From the NCBI RefSeq assembly GCF_964194155.1, contig NC_135916.1, positions 1,240,001 to 1,304,000 on the forward strand: a stretch of DNA of 64,000 nucleotides, read 5' to 3'. The stretch comes from Cetorhinus maximus. Taxonomy: Eukaryota. How positions within the stretch are numbered: the stretch's first letter is position 1; each line of letters starts with the position of its first letter. Under the pieces are notes generated by a model, which saw only the letters and a list, made by a program, of their open reading frames with translations, did not search any database and was not told where the DNA came from. Positions 37,887-52,280 of the stretch are shown here, one piece after another. The translations under genes and the position numbers were made by a program.

Positions 37887-38511
37887 GGGGGAGGCGATGG
37901 TGTTGTGATGTTGTCATTGTTGTCACTATTAATCCAAAGACCTAGGGTAATACTCTGGGGACCCGGGTTCGAATCCTGCCGAGGTTTGGCGGATTGTGAA
38001 TTCAATAAAAATCTGGAATTAAAAGAATAATGGTGACCATTGTCGATTGTTGTAAGAACCCACCTGGTTGACCAATGCCGGAAACCTGTTGTCCTTACTT
38101 AGTCTGGTCTACATGTGGTGTTGTGTTAGACCCACTTGGCCACTCACTTGTAATAAACTGCTAAAAAGTCACAAAAATGGAATGGAATCAGATGGACCAC
38201 CCGACACTGACTGAGGCACCGCAAACAAAAATGACTAAATTCAGCCCTGTCGACCCTGAAGGTAGATGGGAACACCTCCAGCTAGAATTTCCACTCCAAG
38301 TCACTGAACGATCCTGACTTGGAAATATATCCTGTTCCTTCACTGTCGCTGGGGAAAAATTTTGGAACTGCCTCCCTAACAGCAGTGTGGGTGTACCTAC
38401 ACCACGTGGACAGCAGGAGTTCAAGAAAGCAGCTCACCACCACCTTCTCAAGGGCAACTAAATGGTGGCACAGCCAGAAAAGCAAACATCCCGTGAATGA
38501 ATTTAAAAAAA
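37887..38511 (+). mobile_element. tRNA-derived SINE with LINE-like 3' tail
   Basis: GGGGAGGCGATGG A-box-like start; B box GGTTCGAATCC 37966-37976; tail CATCCCGTGAATGAATTTAAAAAAA. Absent in A near 19110. Confidence 0.8.
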
Positions 38512-39455
38512 GATATTATATGGGATCTTTGGTGTTGAATTTATGGTGTTGCTTTATGAATGCTGGGTGCACTCAAGGATTAATTCTGTAAATTTCAATC
38601 AGCTTTAATACCTGGTATTTAAATTACAGGCGATGTTCTACTCTTGTGACATGAAAGGGCTGCCCTTCAATCTGATAATGGCTGTGATTGTTGACTGCAA
38701 TTGGTGGACCTGCAATTCAGCAGTACTGAGTAGGAGTGTACTGTAGTAAAATTATTCCACCTCCCCTGAGTGTCTGACCATTGGATGGAGCATTTGTACC
38801 TGGGTTTGAGATCAATTTGAGCCTGACTATTTCTGTTCTCAGTGATGGTGGAGCTGATGTTCTGTCTGTATCTCTGCACTCTCGGAGTAACATCGTGCCT
38901 GCTGTCAGTTAGAAAGAGGTGGCTAGACGTTTATTTTTCCTGGGATATCATCAGCTTGAAACTGATCCCTTCATTGATTTGCCTGGAGGAAGAAACAAAA
39001 GTCTTGTAACACAAAATCAGCAGAGGACATTGAAAGACAATAGGTCAACATAATCTTTCAACTGACAATAAATAAAAAAATATATATCTAGATGCAAAAC
39101 ATAACGATACAATAAATACTACAGTGTCTGATTCCACGTCAGCAACCTGCTTTGGTAGTTTTCAAGCAAATGAGTGACACTCAGAAACAATCCACATCTG
39201 TCTGGCTCCAAGGGTGACACTCCCCGAGGATACAAAGACAGTTCAGATATCAATATCCAGCTCTCAGCCGGTGCTAAAATGTTTATATCTTAATAGCTGG
39301 TGCTTCCAAAGCGTGACCCCTACGTGGTTACTCTCCTCCTTACTCTCTGCCTGTTACCACTGTTCACTGTCCAAATGCCGACAAGTTGCATGAATCAGCA
39401 GCTATACTTGGAATATGCATTACAGGTTTGAGGGGAGAAAATCCCAATAGTTTAC

Positions 39456-39842
39456 AATTGCAGCTTCCTCAGGTTCTGTCTCCCTCAGCAGGGCCACACA
39501 CAGCCCCAGAAAGGCCTCTCCCCGACCACCCGCTCACTCCAAGTTCCGGAACACGTTCGCGCTCCGCTCCGCCTCTTACAAACAGCCCCCGGTTCCCCCT
39601 GAACTTACCCCGAGTCAATGATGATTTCTGTGTCCACACTGACAAACCGGGGCCCTGCTGGAATCAGAACGCTGTTTACTCGCTTACCCGGGCCCTAAGA
39701 TTTCCATTTCTATCTGTTTGAAACAAAGGTCTCCCGTTCACTGAGTGAAAGGCCCTCAAAGGTCAATTCTTGGGAGAAATGAGGGGCGCATGCGCTCTTC
39801 TAGCCATGTCTGAGAAAACTGAGGGCAGCAATGCGCATGCGC
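39456..39842 (-). promoter_or_regulatory. Conserved CpG-rich promoter/first-exon-like element (subunit B)
   Basis: NRF1 motifs at 39786-39795 and 39832-39842; both GTAAG donors and the MEILGPG micro-ORF (39684-39707) retained. Confidence 0.6.
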
Positions 39843-40056
39843 TTCCCTGGAACCAACGTCACAGAACAGACGTCTTGTGCTCCGCCCCTCAGTCAATGTT
39901 CTCCAGCTTGAGCATCACAATGGGTCTGTGTGGAACGGGCAGAGTTTCAGGCAGGTGGACGATTCCTGTATGAAGCTCAAACTGATATCGCTCCCTGCAG
40001 CATCTTAGCTGTTCATTCACCGGTTTAGCAAATCAATCCGCCCAGTGAATCTATGT

Positions 40057-42545
40057 CAAAAAAAAAACAGAATTACCTGGAAAAACTCAGCAAGTCTGGC
40101 AGCATCGGCGGAGAAGAAATCAGTTAACGTTTCGAGCCGTCTCAATTTCTCTGCTCCTCTCACCCATTCTAATCTGTCTCTCTCTGAACTCACTGCACTC
40201 CGTTCTCTCAGGTCCAACCCCAACATTGTCATCAAACCCTCTGACAAAGGTGGTACTGTTGTTGTCTTGCGCATGGACCTCTACCTCGCGGAGGCTGAGC
40301 GTCAACTCGCAGACGTTTCCTCCTACCTCTCCCTGGACCATGACCCCACCACAGAACATCAAGCCATTGTTTCCAGGACTGTCACTGACCTCATCTCCTC
40401 AGGAGATCTTCCTCCCACAGCTTCCAACTTGATAGTCGCCCAACCTCGGATGGCCTGCTTCTACCTCCTACCCAATATCCACAAACAGAACTGTCCTGGC
40501 AGACCGATCGTGTCAGCCTGTTCCTGCCCCACGGAACTCATTTCTCGTTATCTTGACTCCCTTCTCTCTCCCCTTGTCCAGTCCCTTCCCACCTACATCC
40601 GTGATTCCTCTGACACCTTATGTCACATCAACAATTTCCAGTTCCCTGGCCCCAACCGCTTCCTCTTCACCATGGATGTCCAATCCCTCTACACCTCCAT
40701 CCCCCACCAGGATGGTCTGAGGGCCCTCAGCTTCTTCCTTGAACAGAGGCCCCAACAATCCCCATCCACCACTACTCTCCTCCGTCTGGCTGAACTTGTT
40801 CTCACACTGATCAATTTCTCCTTTAACTCCTCTCACTTCCTCCAAATAAAAGGTGTGGCTATGGGTACCCGCATGGGCCCCAGCTATGCCTGTCTCTTTA
40901 TGGGGTATGTGGAACATTCCTTGTTCCAGTCCTACTCCGGCCCCCTCCCACAACTCTTTCTCCGGTACATCGATGATTACTTCGGTGCTGCTTCATGCTC
41001 TCGTCGGGACCTGGAAAAAATTATTAATTTTGCTTACAATCTCCACCCCTCCATCATCTTCACATGGTCCATCTCTGACACTTCTCTTCCCTTCCTTGAC
41101 CTCTGTCTCAATTTCTGATGATAGACTGTCCACCAATATCCATTACAAGCCTACCGACTCCCACAGCTACCTCGACTACAGCTCCTCACACCCCGCTTCC
41201 TGTAAAGACTCCATCCCATTCTCTCAGTTCCTTCGCCTCCGTCGCATCTGTTCTGATGACGCCACTTTCAAAAACAGCTCCTCTGACATGTCCTCCTTCT
41301 TCCTTAACCGAGGTTTTCCATCCACGGTCGTTGACAGGGCCCTCAACCGTGTCCGGCCCATATCCCGCGCATCCTCCCTCACGCCTTCTCCTCCTTCCCA
41401 GAAACATGATAGGGTCCCCCTTGTCCTCACTTATCACCCCACCAGCCTCCGCATTCAAAGGATCATCCTCCGCCATTTCCGCCAACTCCATCATGATGCC
41501 ACCACCAAACACATCTTCCCTTCACCCCCCTTGACGGCATTCCGTAGGGATCGTTCCCTCCGGGACACCCTGGTCCACTCCTCCATCACCCCCTACTCCT
41601 CAACCCCCATTTATGGCACCTCCCCATGCCCACGCAGAAGATGCAACACCTGCCCCTTCACTTCCTCTCTCCTCACCGTCCAAGGGCCCAAACACTCCTT
41701 TCAAGTGAAGCAGCATTTCACTTGCATTTCCCCTAACTTAGTCTACTGCATTCGTTGCTCCCAATGCGGTCTCCTCTACATTGGAGAGACCAAACGCAAA
41801 CTGGGCGACCGTTTTGCGGAACAACTGCGGTCTGTCCGCAAGAAAGACCCAAACCTCCCTGTCGCTTGCCATTTCAACACTCCACCCTGTTCTCTTGCCA
41901 ACATGTCTGTCCTTGGCTTGCTGCATTGTTCCAGTGAAGCCCAACGCAAACTGGAGGAACAGCACCTCATCTTCCGTCTAGGCACTTTACAGCCCACTGG
42001 GCTGAATATTGAATTCAACAACTTTAGATCTTAAACTACCCCTCCCCCCATCCCCACCCCGTTTCTTTTCCCCCCCCCCCGCCCGCTTTTTTTTCAATAA
42101 TTTATATAGATTCTTCTTTCCCCACCTATTTCCATTATTTTTAAATCTAAAACTAAAACCTTTAGTCTTTCCACCCCACCCCCACTAGAGCTGTACTTTG
42201 AATATCCTGTTTTCCATTCTTAATTAGCACTTTTCTCAGACAAAGACCACCACCTTCAACACCTCTTTGATCCTTTTGTCTGTGACATCTTTTGATTATC
42301 TGCTCACACCACACCCTCAATGTGTCTCTTTCCCCCCCCCCCCCCCACCCCACCCACCTTAAACCAATTTATATTTCTCCCTTGTTGAAACTATGCTGCA
42401 GTTCTGCCGAAGGGCCATGAAGGCTCAAAACGTTAACTGATTTCTTCTCCGCCGATGCTGCCAGACTTGTTGAGTTTTTCCAGGTAATTCTGTTTTTGTT
42501 TTGGATTTCCAGCATCCGCAGTAGCTTTTAGCTTTTTGTTTTTAT
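40057..42545 (+). mobile_element. 5'-truncated Penelope-like (Neptune-type) element with inverted 5' pLTR segment and 14-bp TSD
   Basis: TSD CAGTGAATCTATGT at 40043-40056 and 42546-42559. About 40064-40138 is the reverse complement of 42422-42496. RT (MDVQSLYTSI, RYIDD) and GIY-YIG present; frameshift near 41100. Confidence 0.94.
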
Positions 42546-43369
42546 CAGTGAATCTATGTGTTTGCTGTGACCAGGCAGAAGTTAATGTCTGGTCTTAAAA
42601 GTCACTGTTTAATATAATCAGTTTGAACCTCTCAGTCACTGAGTGTCAATTCGAACATTTTGTGTCCAAAGTTTAAAGAGAGCTCCAGAGGTTATGGATC
42701 ATTACATTTCGGATACTATTCACCTCACCCACTGGCATTACTTCTGTTTGTGTGATAGAAATGTGTCTGCCTTTGGCCCAGTAATAGCTGGAGCTGAATC
42801 ACGTCATCTCTCACCTCTGTGGGTCTGTCAGTTTTAAATTAGTTTTCCCTATCAGGTTCAGAATCTTCGGTGTTTCAAAAAGGAAACCTCTCAATCTTCT
42901 AAGTTCCAATGATTAAAAGTTCAACTTGTTTATGATTCCCTCATCAGCCCACAGCATCATTTCAGGAATCTAGTCAGGAAAATTCACTGAATAATTTCAA
43001 TATAATTATATCCCTCTCTGGTTCTAAAAGATGTTTGGGACAAAATTATTAATTATCATATTTTTATAATCTTTTGAAATAATTATAAAATGTATGCCTC
43101 TATCCGATGATAGATGCGAGGGCCACTCATTGCTATATTGACACGTGGTAGCAATAGAGAGAGCGATTTCTCTGTTTCTCCCTCCCTTGCTCCTTTTATC
43201 TCCTTCACTCTTGCTCCCTCCCCCCCCTATCTCGCGACTTCTGTTACTAATGTTAATGATAGGTCAATATACACTGGCAATGTGAACACTCGCCCCGTGT
43301 TATGAGTCAGAATGTCACTGTTCCTTCTCCTCTCGGAAATTCAGGCCTGACATTTGATCTGATTACTAA

Positions 43370-43520
43370 ATTGATTTCAGGTGAAGAAGAGTCAGACTGA
43401 CTCGAAAAGTTAACTCTGTCTTCCTCTCCACAGAGGCTCTCAGACCTGCTGAGTTTTTCCAGCTATTTTTGTTTTTGTTTCAGATTTCCAACACCCGCAC
43501 TATTTTACTTTTATTTCATC
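43370..43520 (+). mobile_element. Short Penelope-tail/SINE-like fragment (copy of 2520-2670)
   Basis: Near-identical sequence. Confidence 0.7.
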
Positions 43521-43794
43521 GGATCATCTCCAAACAAAAATCAAAACAAACTCTGAAAACACCTTTCATTTTCGGGAACGTGTCTATGCACGTCTTTGTG
43601 TTCATATATAACTGGCCCACTCTGGTTGTTGAGGTAGGGGTACATTGCAAACTGTGAAATTGTGACCTGTCAGTTCAGTAGGAGCAACATAAACAGGGAA
43701 GTCTGGAGGGACCAGTTGCAGTAAATTTGTATTGTCACCAGAAATAAACATCTTGATGTGAGCTTTTCAGATAATAGCGTGAAATGACATATCA

Positions 43795-44655
43795 CAGAAT
43801 CACACAAAGTGCAGAAGAGGCCCTTCGGCCCATCGAGTCTGCACTGACACGTGAGAAACACCTGACCTACCTACTTAATCACATTTACCAGCACATAGCC
43901 CATAGGCCTGAATGTTATGACTTGCCAAGTGCTCATCCAGGCACTTTTAAAATGATGTGAGGCAACCTGCCATGACCACCCTCCAAGGCAGCGCATTCCA
44001 GACCGTCACCACCCTCTGGGTTAAAAAAGTTATTCCTCACAGTCGCCATGAACCACCTGCCCCTCACCTTGAACTTATACCCCCTTGTGACTGACACTTC
44101 AACTAAGGGGAACACCTGCTCCTTATCCATACTGTCTATGTCCCTAATAATCTTGTACACCTCGATCAGGTCGCCCATCAGCCCTCTCTGCTCCAACGTA
44201 AACAACACAAGAGAATCCAACCTCTTTTCATAACCTAAATGTTTCATACCAGGCCACATCCTGGTGAATCTCCTCTGCACCACCTCCAGTGCAATCACAT
44301 CCTTCATATAATGTGGCCACCAGATTGTACTCCAGCTGTAGCCTCACCAAGGCTCTATACAACTCCAACATGACCTCCCTACTTTTGTAATCTATGCCTC
44401 GATTTATTAAGGCAAGTGTCTCATGTGCCTTTCCCCAACCCCACTAACATGCCCCTCCACCTTCAGAGATCTAGGGACACACACGCCAAGGTCCCTTTGT
44501 TCCTCAGATCTTCCTAGTGTCATGCCGTTCATTGAATACTTCCTTGTCAAATTACTCCTTCCATAGTGTATCACCTCACAGTTTTCAGGGTAAAACTCCA
44601 TCTGCCACTTATCTGCCACTTGACCATCCCGTCTATATCTTCCTGTAGCCCAACC
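43795..44655 (-). mobile_element. CR1 LINE 3' fragment (copy of 2945-3805)
   Basis: ORFs 43933..44307 and 44407..44658. Confidence 0.9.
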
Positions 44656-45400
44656 CACTCAACCTCGCCGTTAAACACCAATTTGCGAATGAGACCATCT
44701 ACGGCTCCCATGCCTCAGAGAGCTAAACGTTCGCTGAGTTTACAATCGACAATATTCTTCATAAAAGGGCGCAAAGTACGATAAAGAGGAGGAATTCACG
44801 CCTGAGAGATTCACATTATTGACCGTTGTTGCCTGTAAACATGTACATCTGAACATTGTGTAAGAGAGTGTTGGAACTGGGCGGGCGAGTCAGAGGAATG
44901 AAACTGTGTTTCCGTGTCCGTTCTGATCATGAGATTTCCGAGTTCTGCTTGCCTAAACTAAAAATATTTTATATTCAAAAGTTCCCTCTTTTCCCCAGCT
45001 TGACGCCAAAGTGAGATTTAAAGACAATTTCTTTGTTGTTATCTAGATTTCAGTCGATAAGTAGAGGACATGTCAGAGATCGGGTGAAGGAGCCGCAGTA
45101 AATCCGGTTTTAATCGAAACTCGAGTCTTCAGTTCGCGTCAAATCTTTTCAACAGCGAACATTACAATGTCAGAGATAAGAAGGATTCAGTCTGGGACAC
45201 TGGAGAGCCGGAATTTCCATGGAATTGGGGAGTTTGTGAGGAGAGAAAAACACAGAGAGGCAGCAGCAGCCTGGAGCTGACAGCAGCCTGTCTCCGCCCC
45301 GTCCGCTCGCTGCCTTTAAGTTGCTCAGTGCCGCCACCAGCGGCTTCATTTCTGAGCCCGTTCAGATCGACAGAGACACTTTTGTGCAGCGTCCCGGAAC

Positions 45401-46057
45401 ATGACCGATACTGCAGCCGCCGAAACGGCTCCTCCAGCCGCTCCCGCCGCCCAGGTCAAGACTCCCAAGAAGAAGAAGAAGGCGGCTCCCCGGAGCGGTG
45501 CAGCCGGTCCCAAGCTGGGCGAGCAGATCCTCAAGGTTGTGGCGGATTGCAGCGATCGCAAGGGGATGTCGCTGCCCGCGATCAAGAAGGCGCTGCGCGG
45601 CAAAGGGCTGGATGTCGAGAAACTCGGCTCCCAGATCAAGCAAAGCGTCAAGAGGAATGTGAAGAATGGCTTCCTGGTTCAGGTCAAGGGCACGGGCGCC
45701 TCGGGCTCCTTCAAAGTCCCTAAGAACACAACCCCGGGGAAAGTGGGAAAGAAGGCGAAGGCAGCAGCTGGCAAGAAATCTCCAGTGAAGAAAGCGGCAG
45801 CCAAGAAGGTGACAGCAAAGAAAGCAGCGGCCAAGAAGACTCCAGTCAAGAAAGCAACGGCCAAGAAGACTCCAGTCAAGAAAGCAGCGGCCAAGAAATC
45901 CCCAGCGAAGAAAGCAGCGGCCAAGAAACCAGCCAAGAAGGCGGCAACTCCCAAAAAGCCGGTGAAGAAAGCAGCCCCCAAGAAAAAGTCTCCGGCCAAG
46001 AAGGTGACGGGCGTCAAAAAAGTGGTGATCGGGAGGGCCAAGCCCAAAACGAGATAA
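45401..46057 (+). CDS. H1: Histone H1, 218 aa
   Basis: Near-identical to 4553..5209; stem-loop 46115-46130. Confidence 0.97.
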   Translation: MTDTAAAETAPPAAPAAQVKTPKKKKKAAPRSGAAGPKLGEQILKVVADCSDRKGMSLPAIKKALRGKGLDVEKLGSQIKQSVKRNVKNGFLVQVKGTGASGSFKVPKNTTPGKVGKKAKAAAGKKSPVKKAAAKKVTAKKAAAKKTPVKKATAKKTPVKKAAAKKSPAKKAAAKKPAKKAATPKKPVKKAAPKKKSPAKKVTGVKKVVIGRAKPKTR

Positions 46058-46114
46058 GCAAAGACAGGAAAGAAGGGAAAGATCCCGAGCAAATTGTAAA
46101 CCTCTAAACCCAAA

Positions 46115-46130
46115 GGCTCTTTTCAGAGCC
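46115..46130 (+). terminator. Histone 3' stem-loop (H1)
   Basis: GGCTCT TTTC AGAGCC ACCCA. Confidence 0.95.
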
Positions 46131-46569
46131 ACCCACATTTCACATGAAAGAGCTGATCCCCTGATCATTTGATCCCTGTCTCGGGGCTGGGAGCTGATTT
46201 CAGATGGAAATGTTTCTTTATCCTCCCATGTAAATCCTATTTTCCCGCTCACTCACTGACACACTCTCCACCCGTCCCCTCCCGCACTGTGCAATAAGAC
46301 ACAGGGATATCCTTACAGCTCCCTATGTGTCTGAGTGCATTCAATGTTTATCTTCGTTCCTTTATTCACATTTTCAGGGTCTGCAATGGAGTGATAATGG
46401 AGTAAAACCCCGTCTCACAACTAATAACCATACCTTTATATTTTCTCTAATTCTGTTGGATGAGGTGTCAAGCGAATTTCCCAATCCCATTTGGGGGTGT
46501 GGAAGGAAGGGTGAGGCTTGAGTCTAGAGATTTGTGTGTATAGAATATTACAAGGATTGAAATAGAAGC

Positions 46570-47000
46570 AAAAACAAAAACAAAAATACCTGGAAAAACT
46601 CAGCAGGTCTGACAGCATGGGCGGAGAGGAACACAGTTTACGTTTCGAGTCCTCATGACCCTTCAACAGAACTAAGTAAAAGTAGAAAAGGGGTGAAATA
46701 TAAGCTGGTTTAAGGGACGGGGGTGGGACAAGAAGAGTTAGGTAGAGGGCCAGTGATACGTGGAGATAACCAAATGATGTCCCAGACAACAGGACAAAGA
46801 GGTGTTGAAGGTGGTGATATTATCTAAAGGAATGTGCTAATTAAGGGTAGAAAGCAGGACAAGCAAGGTGCAGATTGCCCTAGTGGGGGTGGGGGTGGAG
46901 TGAACGAATCGAAACAGGCTAAAAGGTAGAGATAAAACAATGGATATAAATACATTTAAGAATATTGGAAATATGTGGGGAAAGAAAAATCTATATACAT
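46570..47000 (-). mobile_element. Penelope 3' fragment (copy of 5730-6160)
   Basis: Near-identical sequence. Confidence 0.85.
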
Positions 47001-47221
47001 TATTGGATAAATAAATGCGTTTATGGCAGGCAGGAGGAGGAGCTGATTTACCAAAGACCTTGTTCTGACTGGTACTCAGTGTCTCCCGCCCCGTCTCTCT
47101 CACACACACACACACACACTCTGTCTCTCTCTCTCTCTCCCTTCCTCAGTCAGGTCGGGGCGGGCTGTATAAAAGCGGAACGTGAAGCCGCTCCCCACTC
47201 ATTCAGCAGCGATTTGACTGA

Positions 47222-47542
<321 letters not shown>

Positions 47543-47575
47543 ACAAATCGACCCGACTCTCTAACAAAACCCAAA

Positions 47576-47591
47576 GGCTCTTCTAAGAGCC
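47576..47591 (+). terminator. Histone 3' stem-loop (H4)
   Basis: GGCTCT TCTA AGAGCC. Confidence 0.93.
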
Positions 47592-48819
47592 GCCCACAAC
47601 CTCACATTGAGAGCAGTGACCTCAGAGCAGGAGAGGAAAAGCGATATGTACTCTTATATAAACACAGCGTATCCATCTGCGCATTCTCCATTAACAATAT
47701 AATCGTGAGTCACACAAAATTCATGGTTTAATTTAGTTCGGTTTTCAGGAATTCGCTTCCTTTATACTTGCCGAATCTCGATTCAAAGCTTGACTGAGGA
47801 ACACGACAGCTCCCAAACTAACACCGAGTTCACAAGATAAATGCCATCATTTATTACACTTTAATCAGGAGTAACTATTTTGAGACACATCATTCTCGCT
47901 TCTTCGCCCCATTATCACCCTGTCTTCTTTCTTCGCCATCTGTTCCTGGGTCGTTGAGACATGACAGGGTCTGGGAGGTACCAGTATACCAGCTTTAAAT
48001 GGATCAGCCTGTATCCATGCTGCATGTTGTCTGGTTCCTGGGAGCACTGAACAGATTTATTCTGGCCTGTATCAGGGCGATCAATGAAATAACCCAAATT
48101 TAAACGGGAATGTAAGGCGAATATTGAGAGGCTGATTGAAAAATCTGACTACACTTAATCACCTCGATTCTGCAACCCAGGACGGACTGAAGGGTGATGT
48201 GGAAGATCTGATTTTGGTGCATGGTTTGGACTGCGAAGATGCATTTACGCACATTGTGGAAGATAGTTCAAATATGTAAACTTAGATATTAACTTGATTT
48301 ACAGAATGGGTGCGCAATCCGCCCACCCACATCGCCTCCCCCAGCCATAAAACACTAGAAACAAGAGCCAAGCCATTCTCTCTATAACATCTATAGGGCT
48401 TTGACCTGAATAAACCGATAATGTTGATCAGTTTTAAATGTGAGACCCAAAATTTCGCCCATCAATAGGAGTTTGATTCCAGCCTGCTGTAAGCCGATCA
48501 GGGAATGAAGGAGAATTTAGTCCGTGTTCGAAAGCAGGAAGTCGGAGCGGGGACCGAAATGGGACTCGCAAACATTCAGACCTTGTGATATTTGTCCATT
48601 CAGATTGATTTTATCTGTCTTCAAACTAGGTTTATTTTATTGTCAGTTACTCGTTCCTCTGAAATTGGCGGGCAATTTGAAATTGATGAACTGTCAGTTT
48701 CTGCTCCACCAATCAGGGCCCAGGAATCCATGCAGCCCGCTGCTCTTTTCAAATTTCTCGGCGGGATTGCGCTGCATCCAATCAGGACAGGAGGGAGGTG
48801 ACGGACATGTCTTAAATAG

Positions 48820-49287
<468 letters not shown>

Positions 49288-49329
49288 ACTCACCCTACCC
49301 GACTCAAGACTTACACCGAGAACCACAAA

Positions 49330-49345
49330 GGCTCTTTTAAGAGCC
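49330..49345 (+). terminator. Histone 3' stem-loop (H3)
   Basis: GGCTCT TTTA AGAGCC. Confidence 0.95.
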
Positions 49346-49750
49346 AACAAGTCGGTCAGAGAAAGAGCTGCGATCCCTTGTTAAAAACTCCAGCACCTAA
49401 AACCCTCAAACCTACAATTTATTTTCTTTCCTTCTGTTTACCCGTTTCCCTCCCTCTGATGCATTTGGGGTTATGAGGTGATTCCGTTTATATTTGTTTG
49501 TAATTTTACATCATTTAATTGGAAATGGGATGATTTAATTATTCAAGAATTTTTCCCTGAACATTGGCAGTTGGTCATATATAGATGCAGCACAGACTCG
49601 TCATGTCTGGAAAAGGCAACAGCGCCAGCGTCTCGTTGTAACCAGCGCTTTCACAGATCGCATTAGAAATATAATGTCATTCGAATCGATAGGGATGTTA
49701 TCGCACATGCGGATAGACAACAGGTCGCCCCTTTCACTGATTAAGTGAGT

Positions 49751-49766
49751 GGCTCTGAAAAGAGCC
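49751..49766 (-). terminator. Histone 3' stem-loop (H2A)
   Basis: Minus strand GGCTCT TTTC AGAGCC. Confidence 0.95.
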
Positions 49767-49796
49767 TTTGGGTTCTCAGTTTAAAGAATGGTCGCT

Positions 49797-50240
<444 letters not shown>

Positions 50241-51409
50241 TCAGTTCTCTTATACCCTCAGGAGGAATGGTGGTGCGCTCAGAGCTGATTGGTCAATTAT
50301 ATTATAGCTCATAATATTCTTCATGTTACCAATTAGATTTCTGCCTGACTCACCAATGCGGGCAAGCAACGTATGAAGTCGGAAGTTAAGGGCGCCAAAT
50401 CATCAGTTAAACAAACGATTATATATTTCAAACTGGAAAAAACAGACAAAAAATTAATCGAAGGAAATATCGCACAGAAATCGTCTTAGCTAAACAAAGG
50501 ACAATTCCTATACAAATCGTTCTAATGCTTAACATTAAAGCAGTTCTCTTACAGAATGTTAGAAGGTTTCTCGCTCTCGTTTCCTCGTCTACAGTTTACC
50601 CGTAACTATCAGTTTCTGGTTTTACCTGTGGACAAGAGGACAATAAAGGAACCAATTTTCCAGAATCCAAACTTATGTTTTTTTCATGTTCGTGAGTGTC
50701 AAAAGCGGAGTGCACATTTTTTGGCGTAAATTTGCCAGTATTGAAACAGAGGCTTCCCACACCGCCAGGGCTGATACGGAATGAATTGATCAAATCAACT
50801 TTTATAATGCTGGGGAGGGATAGCATCTTTGAGGGTTCAAAGATAGACTCTGCTTGATTACATTTATACAACAAGGCAGGGTCTACCCTGAAGCAGCAAA
50901 CATACATTGTATTCCAATCCAGCAATAAAAATGAAAATCCTCTGCAGGCTATGTGATTCTGGGATTAAGCCTAATCATCATTATTTGTTACTTAAATGTA
51001 GTTTTCGCTCCCTGAAGCTTTTCTTCCGAAATTGACATCAACGATATATGTTTTTGTTTTTGTCTCTGTAACATTCAGTTTTAAGTCAGTTTGGATTTTA
51101 TCTGGTGCATGTCAATCCCTGGAGAAAATTTTATATTTCATTCGACATATATTGCTGCCACCATAAGATTATGCTTCTATTCTCATTTTAATCCCGACAT
51201 TATCTGTTAAACCCTGCTATGGGTGCATGGAATATCTGTCTGTTCATGATAAATAAATGGGAACTTTAATCTGAAATGTATAATTTTCTAAAAAAATAAA
51301 GCAGCGTAAAAACAGGGAATTACAGACTGATTAGCCACCATCAGTGGTAGACTTAATACGAGAGTCCACTCTGTGATAATAAGAGACTTTGAAAATGTCA
51401 AATGGATTG

Positions 51410-52280
51410 GAGAAAGATAGCATGCGTTTATGAAAGGGAAATCATGTTTGACAAACCTATTGTAGCTTTTTTGGGAATTAAATTGCAAAGTAGATAAGGG
51501 AAAACCAGATGATGTGGTCTATTTAGATTTTCAGAAAGCTTTTGTTAAATGCCCACTTAACTGGTTTGTGTACCAAATTGAAGTGCATGGGATGGGGGTT
51601 TGGATTGGCATGTACTGAGAAAGGATTAGTAAACAGGATAAAGAGAGCAGGAATAAATCAGTCTTTTTGAGAATGGCAGAAGTTGACAAGTGGTGTGCCA
51701 CAGGGATCAGTGTTTGGGTCCCAGTATTCAGAATAGACAAGAATGATTGTGATGAAGGAAGCAAAGATAATATTTCCAAGGTTGCTGATGACACAAATCT
51801 AGGAGGGAATGTGAGAGATGAGGAGGAAGTTAAAATTGCCCAAGGAGATTTAGATAACTTGAGTGAGTGGGAAAAAAACATGGCAGATGGAGTATAAAGT
51901 GGCTAGATGTGAATTCATCCACTTTGGTACGAAAAACAGAATGGCAGAGTATTATTTAAATAGTGATAGGTTGGGAAATGTTGATTTACGAAGAGACCTG
52001 CGTGCAGCACATGATCACCAGGCTGATTCATGGGCTGGCAGGATTGTCACATGAGGGGAGAATGGGCCGATTCGGACTGTATACACTCAGTGATTGTAGA
52101 ATGAGAGGGCAAGTATTTGAAATACATGAAATAGTGACAGCGCTGGTCAGGCTGGGTGCAGGGATGATGTTTCCTCTGGCTGAAAGGCCTAGCACATGTG
52201 TTCAATCTCAGGATACGTTGTAGTCCATTTCGGGCTGTGTTGAGGACAAAGTTGTTGACTCATAGGGTGGTGAACATGTG
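51410..52280 (+). mobile_element. Old CR1 RT fragment (copy of 13660-14530)
   Basis: Same ORF remnants. Confidence 0.85.

Larger units (their letters stand above)
31360..38890 (+). repeat. Highly degenerate ~40-bp tandem array (subunit B)
   Basis: Units at 37608/37648/37688, 37021, 37096/37139 and 31361; homologous to the A array. Boundaries approximate. Confidence 0.65.

Noticed and set aside
37887-37985. tRNA gene
   Set aside because: A B box is present but there is no cloverleaf, and it continues into a SINE body and tail.
40045-40140. Apparent N-terminus of the 357-aa RT ORF
   Set aside because: It is read-through from the target site and inverted tail. The element is 5'-truncated and frameshifted.
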